DNA of 64,000 nucleotides. Origin: Candidatus Moraniibacteriota bacterium. GTDB taxonomy: Bacteria > Patescibacteriota > Minisyncoccia > Moranbacterales > GWC2-37-73. Position numbers and translations under genes: made by a program. Below the pieces are notes generated by a model. The model saw nothing but the letters and a program-made list of their open reading frames with translations, made no database searches and was not told the origin of the DNA. The stretch covers positions 20,122-84,121 of the forward strand of contig DAOOTD010000003.1 of NCBI GenBank assembly GCA_035390125.1. The letters run 5' to 3'. Positions 44,755 through 54,456 of the stretch are shown here, in pieces (within the stretch, counting starts at the first letter, position 1; every line of letters starts with the position of its first letter).

Positions 44755-44829
44755 AATATTTTTTTAATTAATTATTTTAAGTCCTTAGTTATTGTATAGA
44801 ACATTGAAAAATTTTACAAGTAATGTTGC

Positions 44830-44858
44830 TTGCCATTTTTTTTATTGTCTGATATAAT
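44830..44858 (+). promoter_or_regulatory. Sigma70-type promoter of rpsF-ssb-rpsR
   Basis: TTGCCA-17-TATAAT with an extended -10 TG. Confidence 0.75.
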
Positions 44859-44870
44859 CATTGCACAATC

Positions 44871-44966
44871 AAGAAAGGCCTTATTTGATCCGCCATTGAG
44901 CCAAAAATGGATAGATCAAAAAAATCTGCACTACAGGAGAGGACTTTCTTTGGGTGTAGTTTTTTT
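44871..44966 (+). promoter_or_regulatory. Structured leader of rpsF with alternative terminator/antiterminator pairing
   Basis: AAGAAAGGCCT can pair with AGGACTTTCTT; central hairpin TTTGATC..GATCAAA; terminator ACTACA...TGTAGT-TTTTTT. Confidence 0.6.
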
Positions 44967-45014
44967 ATTCTAAAAAGAAACTTTTACATAATAATTAAAT
45001 AATTTAAGAAAAAT

Positions 45015-45542
45015 ATGCAGTACGAATTGTTTTATTTAGTCGGAGAACGCCAAGAGGCAAATCTTGATAAAATAAAAGGAGATATAAATTCCCTCCTTGT
45101 TTCAGTAAAAGCCAGCCTGCTTGAACCAGAACTTTTTGAAAAAAGAAAATTGGCCTATGAAATCAAGCATCAAAATAAAGGCATCTATATTACTCGGCGT
45201 TTCGAGCTTCCTGAAATTGAAAATACCGATGAAACGAATAGGGCAGATTTCGGAATAGAAGCAATAACAAAAAAACTTAATCTTTATAGTGATATACTGC
45301 GTTTTATGATAGTAAAAACCGAAGATCTTCCTGATCTCGGCGCTAAAGAAAGAAGAAAAGCTCAAGAAATGACCAATCAAAAACAAGCCCTTGGCCGTCC
45401 TCAACAGCGTCCTGCCAAACAAGACAATCAGACTCAAGAACCAGCTATAAAGCAGATTTCATCAGAAATTGAACAACCACAAATTACCAAAGAAGACACA
45501 AAAAATATCGACGAGCAGCTTGATAAACTTTTAGATATATAA
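45015..45542 (+). CDS. rpsF: 30S ribosomal protein S6 with long C-terminal extension
   Basis: MQYEL, KRKLAYEIK, GIY, ILRFMIVK; synteny with ssb and rpsR. Confidence 0.88.
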   Translation: MQYELFYLVGERQEANLDKIKGDINSLLVSVKASLLEPELFEKRKLAYEIKHQNKGIYITRRFELPEIENTDETNRADFGIEAITKKLNLYSDILRFMIVKTEDLPDLGAKERRKAQEMTNQKQALGRPQQRPAKQDNQTQEPAIKQISSEIEQPQITKEDTKNIDEQLDKLLDI

Positions 45543-45592
45543 AAAATGGATATTGGTGAATATAAAAATTCACAATTATTCATGAAAAAATT

Positions 45593-46078
45593 ATGAATTT
45601 AAACAAAGTTCAGCTCATAGGGCGTTTAACACGCGATCCAGAAATACGCAATACTCCATCTGGACAAACTGTAGCCACAGTAAGTATTGCAACTAATAGA
45701 ACATGGAAAGACAAAAGCGGACAAAAGCAAGAAAAAACTGATTTCCACAATATTGTCATGTGGGGGCGAACCGCTGAAATTGCCGGCCAATATTTAACAA
45801 AGGGACAAGAAGCTTATTTTGAAGGCAGGCTTGAAACGCGTTCTTATACAGGTAAAGACGGCATAGAAAGACGAACCACTGAAATAATAGTAGAAAATAT
45901 GCAAATGGGATCCAGACCACAAGGAAGCAGCAATTATTCAGGAGCCGCAACAGCGGCTGCAGCCGCCATGGGAGCAGGAGCTGTTGCCAGCCAAAAAACA
46001 CCTGTTGCCGAAGAGATTCCTACCATCAATCTAGATGAGGAGCAGGATGAAGTAAAAATTGAAGATGTGCCTTTTTAA
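45593..46078 (+). CDS. ssb: Single-stranded DNA-binding protein
   Basis: NKVQLIGRLTRDPE, C-terminal EDVPF. Confidence 0.96.
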   Translation: MNLNKVQLIGRLTRDPEIRNTPSGQTVATVSIATNRTWKDKSGQKQEKTDFHNIVMWGRTAEIAGQYLTKGQEAYFEGRLETRSYTGKDGIERRTTEIIVENMQMGSRPQGSSNYSGAATAAAAAMGAGAVASQKTPVAEEIPTINLDEEQDEVKIEDVPF

Positions 46079-46101
46079 ATTATTTAATATTCAATATAAC
46101 T

Positions 46102-46308
46102 ATGGAGAAAAAGACTTGCTATTTCTGTGATCAAAAAATGGATAAAATAGATTACAAAGATGCTTATCTCATAAGACGTTTCATGAATTCACAGGGAAAA
46201 ATTTATCCGCCAAAAAGACACGGCATCTGCACAAAACATCAAAGAACACTATCACAAGCTATCAAAAGGGCTCGCGTAATGGCTTTGGCTCCTTTTGTAG
46301 TTAAATAA
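46102..46308 (+). CDS. rpsR: 30S ribosomal protein S18 (Zn-binding form)
   Basis: CYFC, IDYKD, GKI-P, C-KHQR, AIKRAR. Confidence 0.95.
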   Translation: MEKKTCYFCDQKMDKIDYKDAYLIRRFMNSQGKIYPPKRHGICTKHQRTLSQAIKRARVMALAPFVVK

Positions 46309-46370
46309 ATAATAAACTAAGACGGATATAGAATTCGAATCAATTCGAATAATAATTCGCGATTACCCAC

Positions 46371-46928
46371 ATGCTAGGAATCACAGAAATAAAATCTGGG
46401 AAAAATATACTTTGGGAAGGATCTCCCTATGTAGTCATGAATGCAGAACATTCAAAAACAGGACGCGCTGGAGCAGTTTTGAGAACTAAATTGAAAAATC
46501 TTTTAACCGGCAATGTTTTAGAAAAGACTTTCAATGGTTCAGATAAAGTTGATGAGGCAGATATGTCCAAAACTAAAGCTCAGTATCTGTATCCAGAACA
46601 TGACGGCTTCGTTTTTATGGACACCAGCTCTTATGATCAGTTTTCTCTTCCGAAAGATGTCGTCGGTGAAGCTAATTTATATTTGCTTGAGGGAACAGAA
46701 GTAACAGTTTTAAATTTCAACGATACCCCGGTAAACATAGAATTGCCGATAAAAGTAACCTTGACAGTGGTTGAAGCTCCACCAGGAATAAAAGGCGATA
46801 CTGCAGGCACGGGAGGTAAAGTCGTAAAAATGGAAACAGGACTTAAGGTTTCTGTTCCCTTGTTTATAAATGAGGGTGACAAACTTATCATCAATACTGA
46901 AAAAGGAGAGTATGTTTCAAGAGCATAA
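46371..46928 (+). CDS. efp: Elongation factor P (Arg at loop tip)
   Basis: KTGRAGA loop, FMD--SYDQ, PGIKGDTA, VPLFINEGD. Confidence 0.93.
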   Translation: MLGITEIKSGKNILWEGSPYVVMNAEHSKTGRAGAVLRTKLKNLLTGNVLEKTFNGSDKVDEADMSKTKAQYLYPEHDGFVFMDTSSYDQFSLPKDVVGEANLYLLEGTEVTVLNFNDTPVNIELPIKVTLTVVEAPPGIKGDTAGTGGKVVKMETGLKVSVPLFINEGDKLIINTEKGEYVSRA

Positions 46929-46972
46929 GCCTTATTAGTGTTTAAATTTCATAGAACATCAGACAAAACAAA

Positions 46973-46998
46973 AAAACACCCCGAAAGAGGTGGTTTTT
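46973..46998. terminator. Bidirectional terminator between efp and the convergent ORF
   Basis: AAAACACC-CC-GAAA-GA-GGTGGTTTTTT. Confidence 0.6.
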
Positions 46999-47012
46999 TT
47001 ATAATTTTATTT

Positions 47013-47729
47013 TTATTTGCAGTGATAGATCCTTTCAACAAAAGATGTCTCTGAAATTAATACGCCATCTAGCCCATTCTCGATACAAAAAGATTTTGAT
47101 GGATCACTGCAGAGATTTCTATGAACGGCATATTTTGTTCCATCTGGTGATATATCAATCTTGATCTTAGTATCGCAAATTTTTCCCAGACTGCTCAATA
47201 CATTTACATCTAATGAATAATCCTTATATGTCTTATTTTTTTCAAAATATATTTTTAAGCTGGATGCCACCTCTGGCATATTTTTTTTAACCGCTTCGTC
47301 ATATTTCTCCTGTGCAGATTGATTTTGTGCATTTGATGATTCAGAACTTGTTGGAATATTTTGAGTAACAGCAGATTGTTGTCCATTTCTAACAGATGTT
47401 TTTTGATCTTCAACAAAAATTATATCTTGCTGTCCTTTATTTTTGTTAATACTTCTTGATATAAACCATATTAAAATTCCTATCATTATAATAGAGATAA
47501 TTGCTATAATAATTATTATTATTTTAGGATTGATTTTTTTGTCTGAAATACTTCTAACATATGATTTTGCAGGATTAATCTCTTTGTTCTGATTTTTGGC
47601 CAATAGCAATCCGTTTTTTATATCAGATTCTGGCCAGCCCTGATAAAGAAGATTTTTTATTATTGCTTCTTCCGGAGTATTTAAAATTAAAGATTGTTTT
47701 ATATAATTAACCAATTCCTGTGTAACCAT
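47013..47729 (-). CDS. Membrane protein with small N-terminal helical domain and pilin-like C-terminal domain
   Basis: ELVNYIKQ...LL-QGW---DI motif, TM helix, C-terminal YAV---C----FCIE disulfide pattern. Confidence 0.55.
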   Translation of the reverse strand: MVTQELVNYIKQSLILNTPEEAIIKNLLYQGWPESDIKNGLLLAKNQNKEINPAKSYVRSISDKKINPKIIIIIIAIISIIMIGILIWFISRSINKNKGQQDIIFVEDQKTSVRNGQQSAVTQNIPTSSESSNAQNQSAQEKYDEAVKKNMPEVASSLKIYFEKNKTYKDYSLDVNVLSSLGKICDTKIKIDISPDGTKYAVHRNLCSDPSKSFCIENGLDGVLISETSFVERIYHCK

Positions 47730-47833
47730 ATTTTTATTTTTTAAAAATTCACATACTCAATTATAGTATATATTTGGCATAAAACAAAAATCCCGAGCTT
47801 TCGGGATTTATATTTGTATTTGTGTTGGGTTTT

Positions 47834-47986
47834 TTAGAATAATCCTAATTGTCCAAAAAATGTAAAGACCAAAAGTGGAACCATGGCTATAAGAACAGCC
47901 AAATTAAACTCTTCTGAGCTTTGTTCTTCTTTTTTTCTCCTTGCGCAAACAGGACATGGGCATGGACTTTTTGATTTTTTTTCCAT
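47834..47986 (-). CDS. Small 50-aa protein with CPCPVC motif and C-terminal TM (not in ORF track)
   Basis: MEKKSKSPCPCPVCARRKKEEQSSEEFNLAVLIAMVPLLVFTFFGQLGLF*; followed by a terminator near 47786-47810. Confidence 0.65.
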   Translation of the reverse strand: MEKKSKSPCPCPVCARRKKEEQSSEEFNLAVLIAMVPLLVFTFFGQLGLF

Positions 47987-48065
47987 ATTTTTTTGCCAAG
48001 CTATAGTTTTAACTTAAGCATCGGCTGAATTTAAGATTAATTAATAAACAAAATATTTTTAAGAC

Positions 48066-48091
48066 AAAAACGGGCATTAGCACCCGTTTTT
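48066..48091. terminator. Terminator-like hairpin downstream of recA
   Basis: AAAAACGGG-cattagca-CCCGTTTTT. Confidence 0.6.
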
Positions 48092-48106
48092 TACCTTTAT
48101 GTTTCA

Positions 48107-48135
48107 ATTATACTCCATTTTTCATCCTTTGTCAA
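48107..48135 (-). promoter_or_regulatory. Perfect consensus sigma70 promoter
   Basis: TTGACA (48135-48130), 17 bp, TATAAT (48112-48107). Confidence 0.75.
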
Positions 48136-48182
48136 TGTCTTGATTAATTATAACATGGAATAATTTATAAAATACGGGTCGA

Positions 48183-49220
48183 TTATGGCATTAATTTAGC
48201 TTTATTTATTATTTCTCTAAAAATCCTATTGATAATTTTTGGATTTTCTTTCAAAAATGTTTTAGCGCTTTCCCTCCCCGCTCCCAGTTTTTCATCTTCA
48301 AATGAAAGTGCATTGCCAGATTTTTTAATTACTTCATATTTAACTCCCGCATCTATAATATCCCCGGCAAGCGAGATGCCTTCGTTATACATGATATCGA
48401 ATTCTGCAGTTTTAAATGGGGGCGCAACTTTATTTTTAACAATTTTAACTTTAGTACGGTTGCCAACTATTTCTTCACCTTTTTTTATTTGTGCGCTTCG
48501 ACGAACTTCAATACGCACTGAGGAATAAAATTTTAGAGCCTGCCCTCCTGTGGTTGTTTCGGGATTGCCAAACATTACCCCTATCTTCATACGAATCTGA
48601 TTAATAAAGATAACTGTAGCATTTGAACGCGCTATTATTGCAGTAAGTTTCCTAAGAGCTTGCGACATGAGTCTTGCTTGGCGACCGACATGCTGATCAC
48701 CCATATCACCTTCTATTTCGGCTTTAGGAACTAGAGCAGCAACTGAGTCGACTACAATAACATCGACAACTCCACTGCGTACTAAAGTCTCCACTATATC
48801 TAAAGCTTGTTCTCCTGTGTCAGGCTGAGAAATGAGTAATTCATTTATTTTAACACCTATTTTTTTAGCATATTCTGGATCTAAGGCATGTTCAGCATCG
48901 ACAAATGCAGCTGTTCCGCCCAATTTTTGTGAATTAGCCACAATATGAAGAGCCAGGGTAGTTTTACCTGAAGATTCCGGACCATAAACTTCAATGATTC
49001 TGCCGCGCGGAACTCCTCCTATTCCTAAGGCTATATCAAGAGAAATAGAACCTGTCGGAATAGATTCTACATCGACTTTTCTCACGTCGCCCAATTTCAT
49101 AATCATACCTTCGCCATATTTTTCCTGAATATCTTCAACCAGCTTGTCCACATCTTTTTTTTCTACATTTTGCATTTTTTCAACTAACTCCTTGGGATCT
49201 TTTTTTATTTTGCTACGCAT
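48183..49220 (-). CDS. recA: Recombinase A
   Basis: [51 protein letters not shown]. Confidence 0.98.
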   Translation of the reverse strand: MRSKIKKDPKELVEKMQNVEKKDVDKLVEDIQEKYGEGMIMKLGDVRKVDVESIPTGSISLDIALGIGGVPRGRIIEVYGPESSGKTTLALHIVANSQKLGGTAAFVDAEHALDPEYAKKIGVKINELLISQPDTGEQALDIVETLVRSGVVDVIVVDSVAALVPKAEIEGDMGDQHVGRQARLMSQALRKLTAIIARSNATVIFINQIRMKIGVMFGNPETTTGGQALKFYSSVRIEVRRSAQIKKGEEIVGNRTKVKIVKNKVAPPFKTAEFDIMYNEGISLAGDIIDAGVKYEVIKKSGNALSFEDEKLGAGRESAKTFLKENPKIINRIFREIINKAKLMP

Positions 49221-49248
49221 ATTTTTTATTTTTATTACTTTAGTAATT

Positions 49249-50247
49249 TTAATTAATTTTACCTTTAAAATTATACTCTATACTTCTTACTACTCCCGGA
49301 ATATCACTCAAAATACCCATATCATTGCCATTTATTTTTATAAATGTCTGATTTCCCTTGCCAGAAGTCACGCTTATTTTATTTTTTACATTAAAAGACT
49401 TAATAGATTGAGGTAAGAGCACTCCGCTATATTTAAGATCACCATCTACTTCTATATATAACCACGTCGGGCTGGGATTTACATATATTTCAGCATAAAA
49501 TTCGTCTGATTTTTCTAATTGTTCTGACATGTTCTGTTCTGGTATTTTATCAGATCCCTGTTGTGAAGAATCATGAAAATTTGCATTGACTGAGAATGTT
49601 TGTGAGTTTTCTTTATCGAATTTATTGCGTACCTTTACGGTTATAATATTCAAATTCGGTTTTAATCCAACATCCTCACCAAATTCTCCATTTTCATTAA
49701 CCATAACAGGCTGATCATTTATAAATACTAATGCATCTTTTTCGGCAATACCCGTGACATGTATTGAGTTTCCCTCCACAGATGAACCATCACTAGGTTT
49801 TATAACAACTAAGCGTGGAGTTGAAATAAAACTGTTAACCTCCTTATAAAGATATGCAAGAATAGCTACGGCCACTAATATAATTGCACTTATAATAATA
49901 ATTTTAGGAGTAATGATAAAACTTGAAAATTTTATCGGAATATTATTTTTGTCATCATCAGAAATTTTTTTTATATTTTTATGGATTCCTTTTTCACGTT
50001 GATATTGTTTAATAAGACCTATATCATCCAAACCCATAAAAGTCGCATAACTTTTGATAAATCCTTTGACATATACATCAGCAGGAAGTTTCATATATTC
50101 TCCTTCTTCTAGATATTCCAGATATTTAGATTGTATTTTTGTACTCTTTGAAATCTCAGCCAGACTTAACCTGCGTTCATTTCTGATTTTTTTCATACGC
50201 TCGCCTAGCGTCAGGGAATCAATTTTTTTAGTGGTGAATCTAACCAT
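49249..50247 (-). CDS. RodZ-like protein (HTH + TM + Ig-like + DUF4115-like domain)
   Basis: LGERMKKIR...[21 protein letters not shown]; TM; TW-YIEVDG...GN---I-ING; ftsK-rodZ-recA synteny. Confidence 0.75.
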   Translation of the reverse strand: MVRFTTKKIDSLTLGERMKKIRNERRLSLAEISKSTKIQSKYLEYLEEGEYMKLPADVYVKGFIKSYATFMGLDDIGLIKQYQREKGIHKNIKKISDDDKNNIPIKFSSFIITPKIIIISAIILVAVAILAYLYKEVNSFISTPRLVVIKPSDGSSVEGNSIHVTGIAEKDALVFINDQPVMVNENGEFGEDVGLKPNLNIITVKVRNKFDKENSQTFSVNANFHDSSQQGSDKIPEQNMSEQLEKSDEFYAEIYVNPSPTWLYIEVDGDLKYSGVLLPQSIKSFNVKNKISVTSGKGNQTFIKINGNDMGILSDIPGVVRSIEYNFKGKIN

Positions 50248-50347
50248 ATTGAAAGCAAAAAATATAGAGTGTAAAACTTTAAAATTAAATTATTTTCTGT
50301 TTTTTTGTTTTTGTTTTACGCCTTATATTTAGGCTTTCATACTTTAA

Positions 50348-52690
50348 CTACATTTGCCATTTATCTCTAACTATCTGATCTTCCATAGAGCTTTCATAGG
50401 ATGTTTGATTTTCATTTCCAAGCAAAATTTCACGCGGCTTTGCTCCATCTGCCGGACCTATAATCCCGCGCTCTTCCAATATATCTATGAGACGCGCAGC
50501 ACGTGAATATCCAATTTTCATGCGCCTTTGTAAAAGAGAAGAAGAAGCTTTTTTTGCCTGCAAAACAATTCCCTTAGCTTCTTCGTAGCGCTGATCTTCC
50601 ATCCCATCATTTTCAGGAATTGAGGAAAAGTCTATCTTATCTCTATCATATACAGTGTTTACTTCTCCATTATTATTGCCAAGCTCCTTATGTTCTTCAA
50701 TATTTATTTCATTGTCAATATTGTCTTCTATTTTTTCAAATTTCTGATTTTTTATAAATTTGACAACTCGCTTAACCTCCTCTTCAGAAATGAAAACTCC
50801 CTGTATACGTCTTAAGTCTACTGATTCGGCTGCAGAAAAAAGCATATCTCCATTGCCAAGAAGTTTTTCGGCACCACTTGCATCGAGTATGGTACGAGAA
50901 TCCATAAGCGCCGGAACTCTGAAAGCTATACGAGTAGGAATATTTGACTTAATAAGGCTAGTAATCACTGTAACAATAGGTTTTTGTGTACTCAGTATAA
51001 GATGTATGCCAACTGCTCGTGCCATTTGAGCCAAACGTATTACCGCACCTTCTACTTCTTTGCCATGTGATGCCATTAAGTCAGCTAGTTCATCTATAAT
51101 AATTACTATATACGGTATTTTTTCTATTTTTTCTTCTACAATTTCACCTGTTTCATTATTTATGCGATTTAATGTTCCACCTTTAGCAGCTTTTTCATTG
51201 AATGACATAATATCCTTAGCACCAGCATCTTGCATTAATTTATATCTTTGTTCCATTTGTCCGATAGACCACTTTAGAGCATTGATTACTTTGCCATTTT
51301 CTACAATTACATCTGAAAGAAGATGAGGAATTCCATTATAAGGCGTGAGCTCAACCCTTTTTGGATCAATTAAAATAAGTTTTAAATCTTGCGGAGAATT
51401 CTGATAAAGTAAAGATAATATTATGGTGTTTATACAGACACTTTTACCACTGCCTGTGGAACCAGCAATCAATAGGTGTGGCATTTTTTTAAGATCACTA
51501 AAAATATAGTTTCCGCTGACATCTTTACCTAATGCTAACAATAGATTTGATTTTCTGTTTTCAAATTCAAGCGCCTGTAATAACTCCGGGAGTCTTATCA
51601 ATGCTGTTTTCTTATTAGGAACCTCAACTCCAACAAGCGATCTTCCTGGAATCGGCGCTTCGATTCTAACTTGGCGAGCAGCCAATCTAAGAGCTAAATC
51701 GTTGCTTAATGCTGTTATTCTGCTTAATTTTACGCCTACTGCCGGACGAAAACTGTATTGAGTAACTGTAGGCCCTGTTTTTATTTCTCCTAATTCAACT
51801 TCTATACCAAAGTTTCTTAGAGTATCCTGAATTATTTTAGCATTTTTATCTACATCTCCACCCTGAGCTTTTTCAATAGTATTATCCAATAAATCAATTG
51901 GGGGTAATTCCCAATCGATGTTCTGATCTGAAATTATTTTTTTATTCTTTCCGCTCGGCATCCAAGCTGCTGCTTTTTTAAGAATTTTTTTCATTCGCAT
52001 TTCTTCCTCACTTTCATTGTTGATTTCTTCTACAAATTCTGTCTTTTTTTCTTTTTCTTCTTTACTTTCTGGTATTGGTTCTTCTTCTCTCTCATCAGCA
52101 ATATATTCTTCATTTTCTTTTTCACTATTTTCATCTGATTTTTTATGGATAAATTTATCGATTAATTTCACTATTGAAAAATTAAAAGCCACAATTATTC
52201 CAATTAATAAAAGAGCGATAAGAATAACTGACCCTCCGATTTTTCCAGCGAGCTTTAAAAAAATAAAAGCGAATATGTAGCCTAGAAAACCCCCGCCGGT
52301 TCCATCCTGGGCTGCTTGGAGAAGTTTATCTACATCATATGAAAGAATATGTATAAGTCCTAAAAGTCCTATAAAGGCTGTGAATACTCCTAGCAATTTC
52401 GAAACATAAAATAATGTTTCTTTGCGAAAAAGCAAAATTATTCCTGCTACAATAAGTACGAAAGGAGAGACATATTTCCCAACCCCAAATATCCAGCTAG
52501 CAGCTGAATTAAGGAATTTGCCTAAAATACCAGCATCAACTATTTTTGCTTCAGAAAGAAAACCTAGAATAAAAAGAACTGCCAAAACAAAAAGCGTTAT
52601 GGCAACTATACTGCGTTTTATATCACCAGATATTACCGGAATTCTTTCATTTTCTTCTATTTCCTGATTATGTTTTTTTTGTCTTCCCAT
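50348..52690 (-). CDS. ftsK: DNA translocase FtsK/SpoIIIE
   Basis: N-terminal TMs, GPTVT, PHLLIAGSTGSGKS, IDELADLM, GAEKLLG-GDML, gamma domain IGYSRAARLID. Confidence 0.95.
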   Translation of the reverse strand: MGRQKKHNQEIEENERIPVISGDIKRSIVAITLFVLAVLFILGFLSEAKIVDAGILGKFLNSAASWIFGVGKYVSPFVLIVAGIILLFRKETLFYVSKLLGVFTAFIGLLGLIHILSYDVDKLLQAAQDGTGGGFLGYIFAFIFLKLAGKIGGSVILIALLLIGIIVAFNFSIVKLIDKFIHKKSDENSEKENEEYIADEREEEPIPESKEEKEKKTEFVEEINNESEEEMRMKKILKKAAAWMPSGKNKKIISDQNIDWELPPIDLLDNTIEKAQGGDVDKNAKIIQDTLRNFGIEVELGEIKTGPTVTQYSFRPAVGVKLSRITALSNDLALRLAARQVRIEAPIPGRSLVGVEVPNKKTALIRLPELLQALEFENRKSNLLLALGKDVSGNYIFSDLKKMPHLLIAGSTGSGKSVCINTIILSLLYQNSPQDLKLILIDPKRVELTPYNGIPHLLSDVIVENGKVINALKWSIGQMEQRYKLMQDAGAKDIMSFNEKAAKGGTLNRINNETGEIVEEKIEKIPYIVIIIDELADLMASHGKEVEGAVIRLAQMARAVGIHLILSTQKPIVTVITSLIKSNIPTRIAFRVPALMDSRTILDASGAEKLLGNGDMLFSAAESVDLRRIQGVFISEEEVKRVVKFIKNQKFEKIEDNIDNEINIEEHKELGNNNGEVNTVYDRDKIDFSSIPENDGMEDQRYEEAKGIVLQAKKASSSLLQRRMKIGYSRAARLIDILEERGIIGPADGAKPREILLGNENQTSYESSMEDQIVRDKWQM

Positions 52691-52798
52691 GATTTAATCT
52701 GCCCACTGAGGCAAGCAATTACTTAAATTTGTTTAATAACTTAATTTTAACACAAAGATAGTTTTTTTTCTATACTTTATTTTAATGAACTTTTTTAT

Positions 52799-53467
52799 CT
52801 ATAGACTAACAAATTTTACAGGTAAAATCTTATGAAAAATTCCAGCTATAAAAATTACATCCGCTTGTGAAAGATAAATTGGGTGATGGGCGTCATTAGT
52901 GGAGTTAGGAAACAAGCCAATCACACCTTTGCCCATATTTTTATAACGTTTGATAGTGGCCATACCATTGATTACCGCCACTACTATTTTATCTTCAAAC
53001 TCATTTTGCGCTTCAGTTTTTTCAAAAATCACATAATCTCCATCACTGATTCCGTCTTTATTCATTGAATCTCCCAGAGCTTTGACAGCGAATAATTTTT
53101 CAGGTTGTTTTTTGTGAAAAAGATTTTTAGAAATTTGTAAAAAATCATCTGCCACACCGTCATCGGCATAGGCCAGTGCTTCCCCGCAAGATGCTAGCCC
53201 ATAAAGAGGAATAGAAAAAATATTCTGCGCATCTCCATAATTCTCATTTTCTACCAGATAAATTTTTTTATTTTCATCACGAGTAATTAATTCTTTTTTC
53301 TCCAAAGATTCGATAACTTGCATGACAGATTTCATGCTTTCATTCATACCTTTAGAAAGCAGATGTTTATGCAGGCGATAGCTGGTTGGTTTTTCTCCAT
53401 TTTGCATTGTAAGTTCACGGATATATTCAAGGATATTTTTTTGTTTAGCTGTGAGTTTTTGTTCCAT
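52799..53467 (-). CDS. lexA: LexA-family repressor (winged HTH + S24 peptidase)
   Basis: LT-KQK-IL-YI N-terminus (start MEQKLT at 53467), ASCG cleavage site, GDSM catalytic Ser, ATIKR catalytic Lys. Confidence 0.85.
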   Translation of the reverse strand: MEQKLTAKQKNILEYIRELTMQNGEKPTSYRLHKHLLSKGMNESMKSVMQVIESLEKKELITRDENKKIYLVENENYGDAQNIFSIPLYGLASCGEALAYADDGVADDFLQISKNLFHKKQPEKLFAVKALGDSMNKDGISDGDYVIFEKTEAQNEFEDKIVVAVINGMATIKRYKNMGKGVIGLFPNSTNDAHHPIYLSQADVIFIAGIFHKILPVKFVSL

Positions 53468-53488
53468 ATTTTTATTTAAATTATTTAT

Positions 53489-53523
53489 AGTGTTATTATA
53501 ACACTGTATTAATATCACTGCAA
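53489..53523 (-). promoter_or_regulatory. lexA promoter with palindromic candidate operator over the -10
   Basis: TTGCAG-17-TATAAT; palindrome AGTGTTAT-T-ATAACACT at 53489-53505. Confidence 0.6.
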
Positions 53524-53531
53524 TACCCTCC

Positions 53532-53540
53532 TGTGGATAA
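53532..53540 (-). promoter_or_regulatory. DnaA box (TTATCCACA)
   Basis: TGTGGATAA on the plus strand, perfect consensus. Confidence 0.55.
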
Positions 53541-53610
53541 CTCTTGCCTTTGATTTATTCAAAAGTGCTTGTCTTATAAAAAATTATTTTTTTAAGAGAA
53601 ATACTCTTTA

Positions 53611-53639
53611 TTGACAATATTTTTTTATTATAATATACT
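53611..53639 (+). promoter_or_regulatory. Sigma70-type promoter of the L,D-transpeptidase gene
   Basis: TTGACA-17-TATACT; AAGGAGG SD before ATG 53686. Confidence 0.7.
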
Positions 53640-53685
53640 GGCTTATTACTTTAAAAATTAAATAAATATAGAAGGAGGAAGCAAA

Positions 53686-54312
53686 ATGCGGAAGGTTGTT
53701 TTTTTTATCATTTTTTTAATTAATTTTTGTTTATTTTTTTCGGAATTTTCTTTTGCTGAAATTTTTTTTGCACCTGAAGGATTTTCAACTTATCAAGTTA
53801 AAAAAGGAGATGTTCTAGGCAAAATCGCTCCCTGCGAGCATTGGGACCTGATTAAAAGAGTTAATAGAGTTGATGAAAGTCATTTGCCTGCTGGCAAAAG
53901 TATTTTTATTCCAATCAACCCTGAGAAGGCAAACCGTTTTATACCAATTCCTAAAACAATAGAGAAAGCAAAAAATCAAAAACGTATTCTCTATATTTTT
54001 TTGGATAGGCAATATTTTGGTGCTTATGAAAATGGTCATCTGTCTTTCTGGGGGCCAATTTCTTCTGGTAAAAAAGGATTAGACACGCCAGTTGGAAATT
54101 TTTCTGTAAAGTGGAAGACTGGTTTATACAAATCAAAAAAATATGATGCGGAAATGCCTTTTGCAATCAACATTTCTGATGCTGGATTTTTTATTCATCA
54201 ACAGTCTCTTCCGGGGAAACCAGCATCCCACGGCTGCATCCGCCTTCTAAAGGAAGATGCGCAAAAAATGTATAATTGGATCAAAAAAAATGATCCGGTT
54301 GTAATTAAATAA
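53686..54312 (+). CDS. LysM-containing L,D-transpeptidase (YkuD family)
   Basis: YQVKKGDVLGKIA LysM; ISSGK---TP-G-F; IH...PASHGCIRL catalytic motif. Confidence 0.88.
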   Translation: MRKVVFFIIFLINFCLFFSEFSFAEIFFAPEGFSTYQVKKGDVLGKIAPCEHWDLIKRVNRVDESHLPAGKSIFIPINPEKANRFIPIPKTIEKAKNQKRILYIFLDRQYFGAYENGHLSFWGPISSGKKGLDTPVGNFSVKWKTGLYKSKKYDAEMPFAINISDAGFFIHQQSLPGKPASHGCIRLLKEDAQKMYNWIKKNDPVVIK

Positions 54313-54326
54313 AAATTACAGCAGCA

Positions 54327-54421
54327 ACAGCTCCTCTGAAAGGGAGCTGTTTTTTTATAAAATACAAATATATACACAGCGAACTCAAACAACAAAAATC
54401 CCGATATAAATCGGGATTTTG
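54327..54421. terminator. Two terminators between the convergent ldt and rpoC genes
   Basis: AACAGCTCCT-ctgaa-AGGGAGCTGTTTTTT and AAAATCCCGAT-ataa-ATCGGGATTTT. Confidence 0.7.
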
Positions 54422-54456
54422 CGGTTTCCATACTCGCCTAATGGCGAACTAATAAG

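Noticed and set aside
46325-46365. GAATTCGAATCAATTCGAATAATAATTCGCG as a CRISPR or tRNA fragment
   Set aside because: Only short AATTCG repeats; no spacers and no cloverleaf
53468-53518. Extended N-termini given by the ORF track for lexA (53518), GT4 (16720) and rpoB (61528)
   Set aside because: Extensions overlap a promoter, the upstream gene or the leader hairpin; downstream ATGs match family N-termini
53524-53610. Replication origin at the lexA/ldt intergenic region
   Set aside because: Only one clear DnaA box, no dnaA/dnaN nearby, and no switch in gene strand bias
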